A stretch of DNA of 64,000 nucleotides from the human T2T-CHM13v2.0 reference genome, Homo sapiens: the NCBI RefSeq assembly GCF_009914755.1, contig NC_060937.1. One strand, given 5' to 3'. Shown here one piece after another: positions 26,464 through 41,927 of this stretch. The notes beneath the pieces are model-generated. The model was given only the letters and a program-made list of their open reading frames with translations. It was not told the DNA's origin and ran no database searches. Position 1 is the first letter of the stretch; each line of letters opens with the position of its first letter. A program made the translations under genes and the position numbers.

Positions 26464-29104
26464 CAGACATATCTCAAAGGTATTGTGGGTTTGGTTACAA
26501 ATCACCACAATAAAACAAAGATCACAATAAATTGAAGCACTTGAGTTTTTTGGTTTCCCAGTACCCATAAAGGTTACACTTACACTACAAGGTACTCTGT
26601 TAAGTGTGCAATTGCATTATGTCTTAAAATGTGATGTACATATATTAATTAAAAACACTTTTTTGCTAAAAATTTCTAATGATCATCTCAGCCTTCAGTG
26701 AGTCCTAATCATTTTGCTGCTGGAGGATCTTGCCTCAACATTGATGTCTGCTGACAGCTCAGGGTGGTGGTTGCTGAAAGTTGGGGTGGCTGTGGGAGGT
26801 TTTTTCTTTTTCCTTTTCAGATGGTGTCTCTCACTCTGTCACCCAGTGAAGTGGCACAATTATAGCTCACTGCAACCTCTAACTCCTGGGATCAGGCAAT
26901 CCTTCCACCTTAGCCTCCTAAGTAGCTGGGACTACAAGCAGGCACCACTAAGCCTGGCTAATTTTTACAGTTTTTGTAGAAGCTGGGTCTCGCTTTGTTG
27001 CCCAGGCTGGTCTTGAACTCCTGGCCTCAAACTATCCTTCAGCCTTGCCCTCCCAAAGTGCTGGAATTATAGGCATGAGCCACTACACCTGGTTGAAAAT
27101 TTCATAAAATAAGACAACAGTGAAGTGTGTCACATCGATTGACTCTTCCTTTCCCCAAAGACTTCTCTGTAGCATGTGACACTGTTTGATAGCATTTTAC
27201 CGATAGTAAAATTTCTTTTAAAATTGGATTCTATCCTCTCAAATTCTGATGCAAATTTATCAACTAATTTTATATAATATTCTAAATCCTTTCTTGTCAT
27301 TTAAATAATGCTCATAGCATCTTCACTACGAGTAGATTCTATCTAAAGAAAGCACATTCTTTGTTCATTTATAAGAAGCAACTCCTCATCAAGTTCTATC
27401 ATGGGATTGTAGCAATTGAGTCATATGTTCAGGTTCCACTTTTAATTTTAAATACTCTGCCATTTCTACCACACTTGCAGTTACTTTGTCTAGTGAAGTC
27501 ATGCCCCTCTCCAAGTCATCCGTGAGGGTTGCAATCAACTTCTTTCAAACTCCTGTTAATGTTGATATTTTGACCTTCCATGAATCACAAAAGTTATTAA
27601 TGGCATCTGGAATGACGAATCCTTGCAGGTGATTTTTCAATTTACTTTGCCAAGTTCCATCAGAAAACTCACTATCAATGGCAGCTATAGCCTTATGAAA
27701 TATAGTTCTTAAATAATAAGACCTGATATTTCAAATTACTCCTTGATCCCCAGAGTTCAGAGTGGATGCTGTGTTAGTAGGCATGAAAGCAACATCTCCT
27801 TGTACATCTCCATGACAGATCTCTTGAGTAACGAGGTACATTGTTATATAAGTAGTGATATTTGAAAGAATTTTCTTTTTCTTAGCATTAGGTCTCAACA
27901 GTGTGTTCAAAATATTCAGTTAACTATGTTATAAACAAATGTGCTGTCATCCGGGCTCTGTTGTTCCATTTCTAGAGCACAGGCAGAGTAGATTTAGCAT
28001 AATTCTCAACAGCCCTAGGATTTTCAGGGAGGTACATGAACACTGGCCTCAACTGAAAGTCACCAGCTGCATTAACCCCTAAAAAGAGAGTCAGCCTGTT
28101 GTCTGAAGCTTTGAAGCCAGGCATTGGGTTCTCCTCTCTAGCTATGAATGTCCTAGATAGGATCCTCTTTTAAAAAAGGCAGCTGTGTGCACATCACAAA
28201 TCTGTTGTTTAGTGTAGCCACCTTCATCCTTTATCTTAGCAAGATCTTCTGGGTAACTTGCTACTACTTTTCCATCAGCACTTGCTGCTTCACTTTGCTT
28301 CTTTCTTTAAACCTCATATCTGCCTCTGCTAGCCTCAAACCTTTCTTCTGCAGCTTGCTCACCTCTCTCAGCCTTCATAGAATTAAAGAGCTTTGGCAAC
28401 TTGCTCTGGATTAGGCTTTGGCTTAAGGGGATGTTGTGACTGGTTTGATCTTCTATTCAAACCATTCAAACTTTCTCCATATCAGCAATAAGGCTGTTGT
28501 GTTTTCTTATCATTCATGTGTTCACTGGAGCAGCACTTTTAACTTTCTTCAAGAATTTTTCTTTTGCATTCATGACTTGGCTAACTTTTTGGTGCAAGAA
28601 GCCTTGCTTTCAGCCTATCTCAGCTTTTGACATACCTTCCTCTCTAAGCTTATTTCTAGCCTTTGTTTTAACCTAAGAGACGTGTGACTCTTCCTTTCGC
28701 TTGAACACTTAGAGGCCATTGCAAGTTTATTAATTGACCTAATTTCAATATTATTGTGTCTCAGGGAATAGTGAGACTTGAAGGGAGGGAGAGAGGACTG
28801 AGGAACAGCTAGCTGGTGGAACAGTCAGGATATATACAACATTTATTGTTTAAGTTTGCCATCTTATATGAGTGTGATTTGTGGCGCCTTAAACAATTAC
28901 AATAGTTACAGAAAAGACCACTAGTCACAGATCACCAAACAGATATAGTAATTTAAAAAGTTTTAAATTTTACACAGAGACATGAAGTAAGCACATGTTG
29001 TTGGAAAAATGGTGCCAACAGACTTACTTAATACAGCGTTGTCGCTAACCTTCAATTCGTAAAGAACACAGTATCTGCAAAGCACAAAAAATTAGGTCTG
29101 CCTA
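26464..29104 (-). mobile_element. Tigger1 DNA transposon, near full length, transposase decayed
   Basis: Both ends recognisable (CAGACATATCTC... / ...AGGTCTGCCTA|TA). Minus-strand ATG at 28719 reads MASKCSSERKSHTSL and then hits an early stop. Confidence 0.93.
26800..27094 (-). mobile_element. AluJ SINE inside Tigger1
   Basis: ATAGCTCACTGCAACCTCTAACTCCTGGG...GGGTCTCGCTTTGTTGCCCAGGCTGG. Confidence 0.9.
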
Positions 29105-29585
29105 TATTACTGAGTGCTAAGAAGAAATGAACTATCATGGCATGAAGGGACATAAGGAATTCTTAGGTGCATATTATTAAGTGAAAGAAGCTAATCTGCA
29201 AAGTGCACATAAAGTATAATCCCAACCGTATGACCTTCCGGGAAAGGCAAAACTGAAAACAGTGAAAGGATCAGTGGTTTCCAGGAGTTTGTGGGATGTG
29301 AGGTGTGAATTAGTGGGACACACAGCATGTTCAGGGCTGCAAAACTTCTCTGTATGATATTCAAAGGGTGGCTATATGTCATTATACATTTGTCCAAACC
29401 CACAGTTTGTACAACATTAAGAGTTAACCCTCACGGAAATCTTGGACTTTGGGTGATGACGATGTGCCAATGTAGATTCATTGGGACCCATATAACACTC
29501 TGGTGTGAGATGTTGATAGTGGGGGAGGTTCTGGAGGTGTGTGGTCAGAGGTTGTAAGGAAACCCCCTGTACTTTCTGCCCAATT

Positions 29586-29883
29586 CTCTTTTTTTTTTTA
29601 AGATGGAATCTCACTGTCACCCAGGCTGGAGTGCAATGGCATGGTCTTGGCTCACTGAAACCTCCTCCTCCTGGGTTCAAGCAATTCTCCCGCCTCAGCC
29701 TCCCTAGTAGCTGGGACTACAGGCGTGTGCCACCACACCCGGCTAATTTTTCTATTTTTTCTTTTAATAGAGACGGAGTTTCACTATGTTGGCCAGGCTG
29801 GTCTTGAACTCCTGACCTTGTGATCCTGCCACCTAGGCCTCCCAAAATGCTGGGATTACAGGTGTGAGCCACCACACCCAGCC
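29586..29883 (-). mobile_element. AluS SINE (Sg/Sc-like)
   Basis: Full dimer with perfect 14-bp TSD CTTTCTGCCCAATT at 29572-29585 and 29884-29897. Confidence 0.95.
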
Positions 29884-31540
29884 CTTTCTGCCCAATTTTT
29901 TATGAACACGAAACTGCTTCAAAAAATAAAGTCTATTAAAAATGTTGAAAGTGTCCTACATAATCAAAGTTCAATGAGCATAAGTAGGAAATTAACATTG
30001 CTGCATTATTGACATCTCATCTGCAGATTCCAATCTCATTTGGCCTACTGTCCAAATAGTGCCCTTTATTTGTCCAGGATCCAATCAGAATCACACATTG
30101 CATTTAGTTATTATGTGGCATTAGTCTCTTTAGTTCCTTTCAATTGGAAAGAGGTCTTCCCATACCTGATGGCTGATCAGCCCTGGTTCCATCCCCTCAG
30201 CCCCTCATTCACCCATGATGGGCTCTGATCAAGTTTGAGGGAAAGGAGGAAGAGAAAAGAAGCAAGGTGAAAGTGAAAACTTTAGTTTTTAAAATTATTT
30301 GTATGTGTCTCATATCCTCAAAGTATCTTTATAGGTAGAAAAAGCATATACTCTATCCACATTTAGAAGACAGAAAAATAATGCTTAGAAAATTTAACTG
30401 AGAAGCTGAAGCCAAATAGAAAGAATTAAAATTAATCTTTATAGTATTAAAAGACAATTCTTGATTAAACATAGAAAAGCAAAATTTCTTTATACTATAT
30501 TTGAGGAAGTTAAAGCACAAATTTTGAAATGCAAATAATTTCTAGGGGGAAAATGATCTAATTCAATTCAACATACACAGCCTTTCTGATTGCTATCTAT
30601 GCACATATGTATATATGTACATACACATACATAAATACTAATACTTATATGTGTGCAAAATACATCTATCTATATATCCATCCATCCATACATATGTGCG
30701 CATAACTATATATGTACATGACAAATGCTGAATGTTGCAGAATGATTAGAGACAAGTAAAATATCATAGTCTTTTTTTTACTAAGAGCTTATACTCATTT
30801 GAAATCCGGTTTGGCAATCTATGACATAGATTTTTACTTTTATTTTTCTTATAAGAGGAATATACCCCAGAAACACTCTTTCTCCTTTAGGGGAGTAAAA
30901 CAAAAAAGTACATTTGAATGCCATAGTAATTCATCGGGAATTCTGATTTCTAAAACATACTTGTATGTGCAACTGTTATGAGGCATAGCCTTTGTTACAT
31001 TGACTTGGTTTTATGAAAGATACTGCTAAAGCAGTGCTGGATATGTTTATAGAAAAATACTTCTGCATGCAGATTGGCTGCCTCAAATACAATGGTAAGA
31101 AATGCATGGAAATGGGGGAAGTGAAATTGCTCCGCAAAGAAGGAACCTCTGAGATTATCACTACCTTGTTAGAACTGAACACTTAAAGGAAGATATGACA
31201 TTTACATATCCTGCACTCAGGTGCAGAGAGACTAAGAGGTATTCTAATTTCCTGTTTCTGGGATACTTTTGATATATTTTACTTAGTCCTTTACATGACT
31301 CTTCCTTGAACACAAACCAAATATGAAGAAGCTATTTGTTTTATTTAAATGTATGTTATTTCTCAAAGAAAGAAATGTTTGACCTTCATAAAACATTTTC
31401 ACCACCTTGTTATTTTCTGTACATCAAAAATCTTAGGAAAATGGATGGATACGAATGATCTATGGTTACTAAAATTTGTTTTATTGAATCTCAGTACCAA
31501 GATATATACATGCATAGAAAAGAAGATTTCTGTATACTTG

Positions 31541-31703
31541 CAATGTCTCTCAAACATTTGTGTATGTGAATCACAGGAGAGCTTGTTAAAATATGGATTT
31601 GGCTTCAGTACCTCTGGGGTGGAGCCTAAGTTTCTGTATTTCCAATAAGTTCCCAGGTGTTACATATACTGCTTGTCTTTACATCAAATTTTTTCATGAC
31701 AAG
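31541..31703. mobile_element. MER5A-like hAT MITE
   Basis: TCTCAAAC...GAATCACAGGAGAGCTTGTTAAAAT...TCTGGGGTGGAGCCTAAG...AAGTTCCCAGGTG. Confidence 0.7.
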
Positions 31704-32812
31704 GAAGTAGAGAACACATAGAAATATAGCAATTCTATTTTGATTTTCACTTTCTTTATGAAGGAAAAAAATACACACCCCATTAAATTACTACTTATAC
31801 TGTAAAAGTATCTTCAAATATCCTGTGTATTTTTTTCTCAGTCTTTGCTGGATTGATTTTGCTGTTTTAATATCTGAAAGTTTTTTCACACATTTTTTCT
31901 AATATATAGTTTTCTTGGCTCAAACAGTACACAGTAAGTAGGAGATTAAATTGTGCTATTCTCATGGGAATATGAAAAACCAACACGTCCTCTGGTTTCC
32001 AGTCTGGCATGTAAGAAACCTGGAAGTCATCACTTCATCCTATTAACAAGTAAAAAGCTGCACAGACTGAAAATCAATAACCTTTCCTTAGATCAGGGGA
32101 AGAAATGAGGTCACAGGACAAACCTCAAATACGGAGAATCAAAACTCACATGAGCAAAAACCCAGCAGCTAAAACCTCCATGGAAACCCATGCGGGGATA
32201 GGAAACCTGTAACTGTAACTGATGAATCACTGGGGGCTCAGTGTGGACGAGTCTGAGAGACAAAACCCCCAAAAGGACCTGGTCATTAGAGACCCACGAC
32301 TTTTGTGAGTTCTACATCCTGGAGTTCTACCAGGTTCTCACAGTGAATATCAAAGGGAAAAAAATCAATCCCGTTGTGCTTCCACAGGGAGAAGGAAAAA
32401 GGAAATATCTTAAAATACACCAGAGAATTCTGTTATTATTAACAAGGTCTGCCCTTAGGACAAGCTGCTTAACCAGAGTCTAACCTACTGGGAAATTATC
32501 AGAGCCTAACTTGCCTGGGAGAAGGGAAATACACAATTCCAGCCCTTTCTAACTTTCCTCGTGGAGGAAGAGAAGTAAATACCCAATTTTAGCCATCCAG
32601 TCCCACTCAGGGGCGAGGGGGCAGGGATCCTGAGAAGAACCAGCCAATCTCACAATCCAGAGGCAGAGGCTCTGCCAAAGACTGAAATCTGATCATGAGA
32701 CTCCAGGTCACTCCCCCAACATACACACCTTGCCACTGCATTGCTACAGGGCTATTTATAGCATTTCCTTTTACTAAGTACAGCGTGCCTGCTTATCAAG
32801 CAAAAATTCCAA

Positions 32813-33198
32813 TGAATTTTTGAATGTCTGAATGTCTCCCCAAATTCATGTGCTAAAATTTGATACCCATTATGGTGATATGAAAAGGTGGGGTCTTTGG
32901 GGGAGTGATTAAGTCATGATGGCTGCACCTTCACAAATGGATGAGGCCCGTATAAAAGACCTGGAGGGTATCAGCTTAGACTTTTCTGATCCTTTTGCCC
33001 TTCTTTCCATTTCACCATGTTAGGACAGCTACAAGGCGCCATCTCAGAAATAGACCGCTGCCCTCACCATTCATCAATCCTGCTGGCGGCTTCACCTTGG
33101 ACTTCTTAGCCTCTAGCACCATGATAAATACATTCATACTGTATATAAATTACCCAGCATATGGTATTTTGTTATAGAAGCACAAACAGATTGAGATA
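32813..33198 (+). mobile_element. MaLR LTR (MSTC/MSTD-like)
   Basis: CCCCAAATTCATGTG...GTGATTAAGTCATGA...ACAAGGCGCCATCT...ATAAATTACCCAG...GGTATTTTGTTATAG. Confidence 0.85.
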
Positions 33199-33205
33199 CA
33201 AGGCA

Positions 33206-33474
33206 GGCCAGGCGTGGTGGCTCATGTCTCTAATCCCAGCATTTTGGGAGGCCAAGGCAAGCAGATTCCTTGAGCCTAGGAGTTCGAGACCGTCCTGGGC
33301 AACATGGCAAAATCCCATCTCTACAAAAAATGAGAAGTGTTAACCAAGTGTGGTGGCACATGCCTGTAGTCCCAACTATTCAGGAGGCTTAGGTGGGAGG
33401 ATAGTTTGATCCCAGGAGGCAGAGGTTGCATCACTATACTCTAGCATAGGTGCCAGAGAGAGACTCTGTCTCAA

Positions 33475-33506
<32 letters not shown>

Positions 33507-33530
33507 CAACAACAACAAAAGCAACAAGAA
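33206..33530 (+). mobile_element. AluJ SINE with a small right-arm deletion and an A/(CAA)n tail
   Basis: TTGAGCCTAGGAGTTCGAGACC..CCTGGGCAACATGGCAAAA. TSD ACAAGGCA at 33198-33205 and 33531-33538. Confidence 0.9.
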
Positions 33531-34658
33531 ACAAGGCACATTAAAAGGCAAAATACACAATTTGAAGACAGAGCAAGCATCAAAACCAGACTCAGGTAAG
33601 TCAGGGATATTGAAAGTATCAAACTTGGTCATTTAAAACAGCTGTGATTGGCAAACTAAGGCCTCTAATGGGTAAACATAGATAGCATGCAATTTAAGCA
33701 GAGAGGTGAAAATTCTAACATAGAACTGAAAAAAATGCTAAAGATCTAAAACACGGTCACAGAAATGAAGAATGCCTTTGATGAGCTTATTAGTAGACTG
33801 GACGCAGCTGAGCAAAGAATATATGCGCTGCCCGTATCTCCACAGAATCCTTCAAAACTGAAGCACATTTTGCAACTAATGGAACTCACAACTGCAAACA
33901 TTAAATACCAACTTTTCTTCAAAAGATTTATTTTTCTGCATATAAATATTATTTACTTTCATTCTTATTTTGCTACTTATTTTAAAAAAATGACATATTT
34001 CTGAAGCCCTTGTGAAAGGTGCAACAGACATTATCAAGAATGAGGGTGAAAATACACATGTATTGCAGCAGAGAAAGTATGTTTCCCCCCAAATATCCAT
34101 ACACTTGAAGATAAATCAATAATATTCCAATATTAGAGCTGTGAGTGGCAGAAAAATGCTTTGGGGACAATGAAAGATCAAGGCTGATGTACATGGAGAG
34201 ATTGCTAAAGTATTCAAACAAACAAACATATTCTGGTGCACAGATACTCTCATCATGTTGCACAGATATGGGAAGTTCCCATAAATTCTATATCTATAAT
34301 TAAAACTATATCTTTTACTCATTTACTTTTAAGTCCACCACTAATTCCATTATTTTCCAAGGTGATTGAAGCATTAGATTACTAGCAGATAGGACAACTT
34401 ATGTTAAGGAACTTCTGAAGAAAATTTTGCCCTTGAAATATCATCTGTACTTCTCCATTTTACCATCTAAGCAAAGAAAATATTGAACCAAAAATCCCGG
34501 TAGCTAGAGTCCTCATATGTCTTCTGCTCCTAAACCATGGATAACATGGCCCCCTGCTGTGACTTGTTTATTTTCTTACTATGCCCAAACACACCCAAAT
34601 CTTACAGATGTCTCCAAGCTTCCAGGGAGATAAGGGAAGCAGAAGATTTGACAAGGAT

Positions 34659-34761
34659 TCTAGGTGAATTTTTGCACAGAGAACACGAAACCCAGCATGA
34701 GTACCTCAGTCTAGGTGAATTTTTGCACAGAGAACATGAAACCCAGCATGAGTACCTCAGT
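34659..34761. repeat. 51-bp tandem duplication (2 copies)
   Basis: CTAGGTGAATTTTTGCACAGAGAACAYGAAACCCAGCATGAGTACCTCAGT at 34660-34710 and 34711-34761, one C/T mismatch. Confidence 0.97.
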
Positions 34762-37214
34762 AGGAAAAAACAATCTCGGACAAAGAACAAGGGAAAGGAA
34801 GTAAGATGCCAAGGGGATGCCTCTATATCTAGTCAAGTCTTGGGAGGAGAGGATTAAACATTTCAGGAAATAGCAAGGAAGATAAAGGGTATTTCCCACT
34901 ATATGATTTTCATCGTGTTTTCTAACCCAGAATCTGTTATACTCCTTAAATTTTTTTAAAAGATGCATATTAAAATATTTCTAGCAAGGCTTAGACAAAA
35001 TATGTAGTTATATGTAAAGAAGGGACACGTGTTATAAAATGTAGCTTCCCTTCCTGATCCAATGTAATTAAAAAATGAAAAATTTAATACTCTCAATACA
35101 GACATTTGTATCAAGAAATTAAATGACATAATGCCACCAAATTGCAAAACTATATGCTAAAAAGTTATTAATTCAAATTTGCAGGCAGAACTTAAGAAAA
35201 TATAAAAGAAATAGATGAAAACGACATAAACGTGATATAAAACCAAACTGCCAAAACACAACAGCAAGATCTAATTTTTTTTAATTTAGTTGAATAATAT
35301 AATCTTTTAACGAAGTTAGAAATTAGTAAAGCACTGTAATTCTAAAGCTAGCGATGGGAAAACTAAATCGGATGTAGAAGCTAGACAATCTAGTAAAGCT
35401 CACAGGCTTCAGTTGTGCATTCAGCAGCTGTATTGCAGAGGCTTCCCACCATTCCTGTGTCATGAGCCTGGAAATAACTAACTAACTTAGAAACAAAAGC
35501 CTACTCAGAGAACATGGCTGCCTCTGAAAGTCATTGCTATTGTACTGCACATTTCTTAGGTGCAATATCCAGAGCATTGTAAATTTTCCATTGTGCTTTA
35601 GATATTAGTCTACCTGTGGATGAAGAAAAGCTCAGGTAAATATCATGGAAGATTACAACTTTGCACATTGATATTGAGGATGCTTTGCCAGATATAAAAA
35701 TGTTACGGATACAGCTTAGCAAATAACAAAAAATATATAAGGACTTTAAGTTTGAATATATTTATACTTAAAATATATTTCCAAGAGGGAATGAACTCCC
35801 AAGAGGGACAAATTAGTATTAGAAAATAAGTAAACTCTTTGAAAAATAATTTTGGGTGTCAACTCATTTCATAAGAGACATAAAATAATTACAAAATAAT
35901 CCCTAAGTTAACATTAATGTGACTAGACTGTAAGTAGTTTGAAAATGTAGCTCAATTTTAGGCATTCTTTCTTAATCATTGTTAAGCCAAACAGAAGTAG
36001 TATCAAAATTACACTCTTTTCTTAACATACTAATTACGTACTAAAAAGCACATGAGAAGTGCCCCAAAAATAAGATAAAATAAGTCATTCAAAGAATTGT
36101 GGGCGAAATCATTTACCTAGACTTCCAAACTAGAAAACACTTAGGCAATAACAGAAACAGAAGTAGTTGTTTTTTTGCTTCCCATGGAAATAATTTCCTC
36201 AGGCTATAAAATTGCAAATTGCTTTGAACTGCCTTTTATACTCAGTAGGAATAATGGAAATAATATTGCTTGAACTGTGTTATCATTCACAAAGCATGCC
36301 CTTAATACTAATACTTTTGTACTTTGATAGAATTTAGGTCCCAAGGATTCATGATCATTAAACACTGATTCATCTTGAAAGAATCTACAAAATATGCAGG
36401 TAACCGACACCACGTTAGCTTAAAAAACAGGAAGAGAAAACAAACTCTAAGAAACAACAAAAATCAAGTACGCCCATTTTTATGTTGATTTGATGGCACA
36501 CAAAGTATTTTTCTTATTTAAGGTAGTACCTGTGATTTCTGAGAGTGTTTACCATTCAGTATTTGATAAGTCACACAATAATACAGTGGCAGAATGGGAT
36601 GATCAGAGACTCAGGTAATGGCAAAAAGAGTAAAAAGGTGGAGAATAGGATCATAGTTTAACTGATAAATACATGAAACTTCATGATGTATTGGCAGAGT
36701 CAGGTAAGGGACAAGAATGTACGCAGAAGTGATTTGAGTATATTTCTTCATTTTCAGCATTCTTAAACCACCTACCTTCCTAAATACGATGGGTTTATGA
36801 AGAGCAGTATTAACATTATTTTCATGAATTTCTGTACCCTCTCCCCTCTAATCCCCACATGATGGAAACCTCGGTCACTGCATGTGGCTTTAGTCACTCC
36901 TGTACCAATTAAGAGACAGTCTAATGAAGCCTATGTTAGTGATTTATGCAGCTTGGACCCTCTATAAAATTGTGGTTCATTTCCAAGTATCCCATAAATA
37001 TAATGCCTGTAGGAATTGAATTTCACACTTGCTTTTATATGGCAGAAATGCAAATTTGATAACCTTATCTCTAAACTACTTTAGCTTATTCTTAGGAATC
37101 CTGATTCTAATTGTAGCCAAATACAAAGGACTACATATATTTTCAAACCTCCCTGAAGGCGCATCTTTTTATGAGATGAGATTGCTACACATTTTGTTTT
37201 TAAAAAGTCCTTAG

Positions 37215-38460
37215 TAAATGAAGGTATATACCATGTTCATGAACTGGAAGACCTAATATTATAAAGATGTGCATTCTCCCCAAATAGATCTCTAGATTCT
37301 ATGCAATTTTAATACAAATGTGAATAGAAATTTTGTTTTGGGTAGAACTAAACAAACTCACTCTAAAATTTGTTAATAGATTCCAAGACAATCTTAAGAA
37401 AGAACAAAATAAGAAGGCTTTCCATACCAGATGCCATGACTTATTATAAAGCAATAGAGATGAGGAAAGTGTGGTATTGTCACTCAATAATATGTTTATT
37501 AAATATAGAACCTAATTGAGAGGCCCAACACAGACATGACATGTAGAAACTTGATTTAGAAAAAGGTTTGATGCTGAGGGTCAGTGGAAAAAAAAATGGT
37601 ATTTTTAATCAATAAATCTGGGACCACTTAGTATGCATGTTTTTATAAAAGAATTTTACTATATCCAAAAATAAATTCTAGAGAAATAAATTTAAAAGAA
37701 AAAACAGCTGGGCGCGGTGGGTCTTGCCTGTAGTCCCAGCACTTTGGGAGGCTGAGGCGGGTGGATCACAAGGTCAGGAGATCGACACCATCCTGGTTAA
37801 CACGGTGAAACCGCATCTCTACCGAAAATACAAAAAAAATTAGCCAGGCATGGTGGCGGGTGCCAGTAGTCCCAGCTACTCAGGAGGCTGAGGCAGGAGA
37901 ATGGCGTGAACCTGGGAGGCAGAGCTTGCAGTGAGCTCAGGTTGCGCCACTGCACTCCAGCCTGGGCGACAGAGCGAGACTCCGTCTCAAAAAAAAACAA
38001 CAACAAAAAAAAACATTTTTAAGAAAGTCATTTAGGAAAATATCTCAAGGAAAATTCTCAACAGGATACAGAAAGATCTACCCATAAAGTAAGTTAATGA
38101 AATGTTTTATTACATTGAGATTGAGAGTCTCTGTTCATCTGAAAACACCACAGTAGTTGTTCAAAATAATGTATATAGAATAGGAGAAAGGCTTTACCTT
38201 TTAATAAATTCAAATATAAATTTATAAATAAAAACAAACAATAAACATAAAAATCCCTATAAATCAATAAGAAAAAGTCTGACAACCAATAAAAATGAGG
38301 AAGTGACTGTATAACAGGCATAGCATAATACAATGATTCCAAATGGTCTCTAAACATATGACAAAATGAACTACTTCATTAGTTATCAGGGAAATGCAAA
38401 TTAAAACCAAAGAGAACTACTAGCCGCCACTCACCCACCAGAATTGTTAAAATATAAAAA
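37215..38460 (+). mobile_element. Old L1M ORF2 3' region, interrupted by AluY
   Basis: ATACCATGTTCATGAACTGGAAGAC...ATTCTCCCCAAAT...AGTGTGGTATTG...ATCAGGGAAATGCAAATTAAAACCA. Confidence 0.8.
37706..38013 (+). mobile_element. AluY SINE
   Basis: GAGATCGACACCATCCTGGTTAACACGG, AGAATGGCGTGAACC and GAGCTTGCAGTGAG diagnostics; A/CAA tail. Confidence 0.93.
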
Positions 38461-38469
38461 GAAACAGAC

Positions 38470-40524
<2,055 letters not shown>

Positions 40525-41140
40525 TTAGATTGTTGCAAACATAACTGCAGTTTTGGGCTGTGAATTTTAAAGTATTGTAACTAGGCTAAAACACATCTTT
40601 ATTAATCAAAATAGGAACCATTACAATCAACACTTTTTGCCAGCAAGAAACAAGTTTGTTTATTCCTGTAGTGTAAAAATCTGTGCTTCAGGATTCGACA
40701 AAGTCTTGGAAAGCATTTTCTGCATCCTGCTGGTTATGAAAGTGTTTCCCCTGCAAAAAGTTGTCAAGATGTTCGAAGAAGTGGTAGTCGGTTGGCTGCA
40801 AGTCAGGTGAATATGGCAGTTGAGGCATAACTTTGTAGCTCAATTTGTTCAACTTTTGAAGCATTGGCTGAATGATGTGCAGTCAGGCATTGCTGTGAGG
40901 AATTGGGCCCTTCCTGTTGACCAATGTCGGCTGCAGGTGTTGCAGTTTTTGGTGCATCCCATTGATTTGCTGAGCATACTTCTCAGTTGTAATGGTTTTG
41001 CTGGGATTCAAAAAGCTGTAGTGGATCAGACAGACCATTGAACAGTGACTATGACCTTTCTTTTGGTGCAAGTTTGGCTTTGGGAAATGCTTTGGAGCTT
41101 CTTATCGGTCCAACCAATCTGAGCTGGCCATTGCCAGTTG
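40525..41140 (-). mobile_element. Hsmar1 mariner transposon, 3' half with one TIR
   Basis: TA then diverged TIR TTAGATTGTTGCAAACATAACTGCAGTT. ORF 40883-41071 reads LIHYSFLNPSKTITTEKYAQQI...LVNRKGPI. YSPDLQPTDYHFF motif at ~40775-40825. Confidence 0.95.
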
Positions 41141-41757
41141 CAGAGTGATACAGTTTTCGTTGGAAGTTGATAGCAAAAATAAGACCATTAGTAAGAGAAG
41201 TTCACTAGGAAGTGTAAAGCTTAAAGGAAAGGGCTATTAGTAATTGGTGTTAAATGCATTGTTCGTAGTAGGACCCTCAACAAAATGAGGATATACTAAA
41301 TTTAATAAATGTATGAAAGAATGAAGAAATATCTAGTGATTGACAAATAATGGGAAGGAGAAGAAATGCTCTCAAGTTAACAAAATAGTATAAATTAATA
41401 CATTTAGTAAAAGTTAACAAAAGCATTCCTCTTCTTTTCTGAGTAAATGTTCACAAAAATAGAAAATACTAAATTATAGTCTTCAACATAACATATCTGA
41501 TTGGAGAGTATTCCCATGTAGCCTAAAATCCTAGGCTTCAAATGCAACATTTCACCCTTCATTGGAAAAAAATATGTAAGATATAAGAACATAAAACCCA
41601 ATCAAGGGTATATGATGCAAACTTTAAAAAAATATTTCACCCATGTTGGTAGTTGCCCCGCAACCTTTTATTTGGATCCTGAGTGTTTTGATACTTTGCT
41701 GCAATGTACTGTAGAAAGGAAATAAAGATTCCTGTTGCCCCACTATAAGAAAACCTC

Positions 41758-41927
41758 CCTTCCTGCGTCCAGGTGTTCTCATTGTTTTAGGAGATATACC
41801 TAATGTAAATGACGAGTTAATGGGTGCAGCACACCAACATGGCGTATGTACACATATGTAACCTGCACGTTGTGCACATGTACCCTAGAACTTAAAGTAT
41901 AATAAAAAAATTAATGGAGAAAAAAAG
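41758..41927 (+). mobile_element. Short L1PA (PA3-5-like) insertion with inverted 5' piece
   Basis: 41758-41786 is antisense L1 3'UTR; 41787-41910 is the sense 3' end. 11-bp TSD AAGAAAACCTC at 41747-41757 and 41928-41938. Confidence 0.92.

Larger units (their letters stand above)
31990..33863 (+). mobile_element. L1M (L1MD-like) 5'UTR plus ORF1 N-terminus, interrupted by an MST LTR and AluJ
   Basis: ORF 33765 starts MKNAFDELISRLDAAEQRI, typical of the L1M ORF1 coiled coil. Upstream sequence resembles L1M 5' ends. Confidence 0.7.

Noticed and set aside
40883-41071. SETMAR exon
   Set aside because: Frameshifted, has an adjacent TIR and TA, retains Asp rather than Asn, and no SET exons are present; it is an ordinary Hsmar1 copy.
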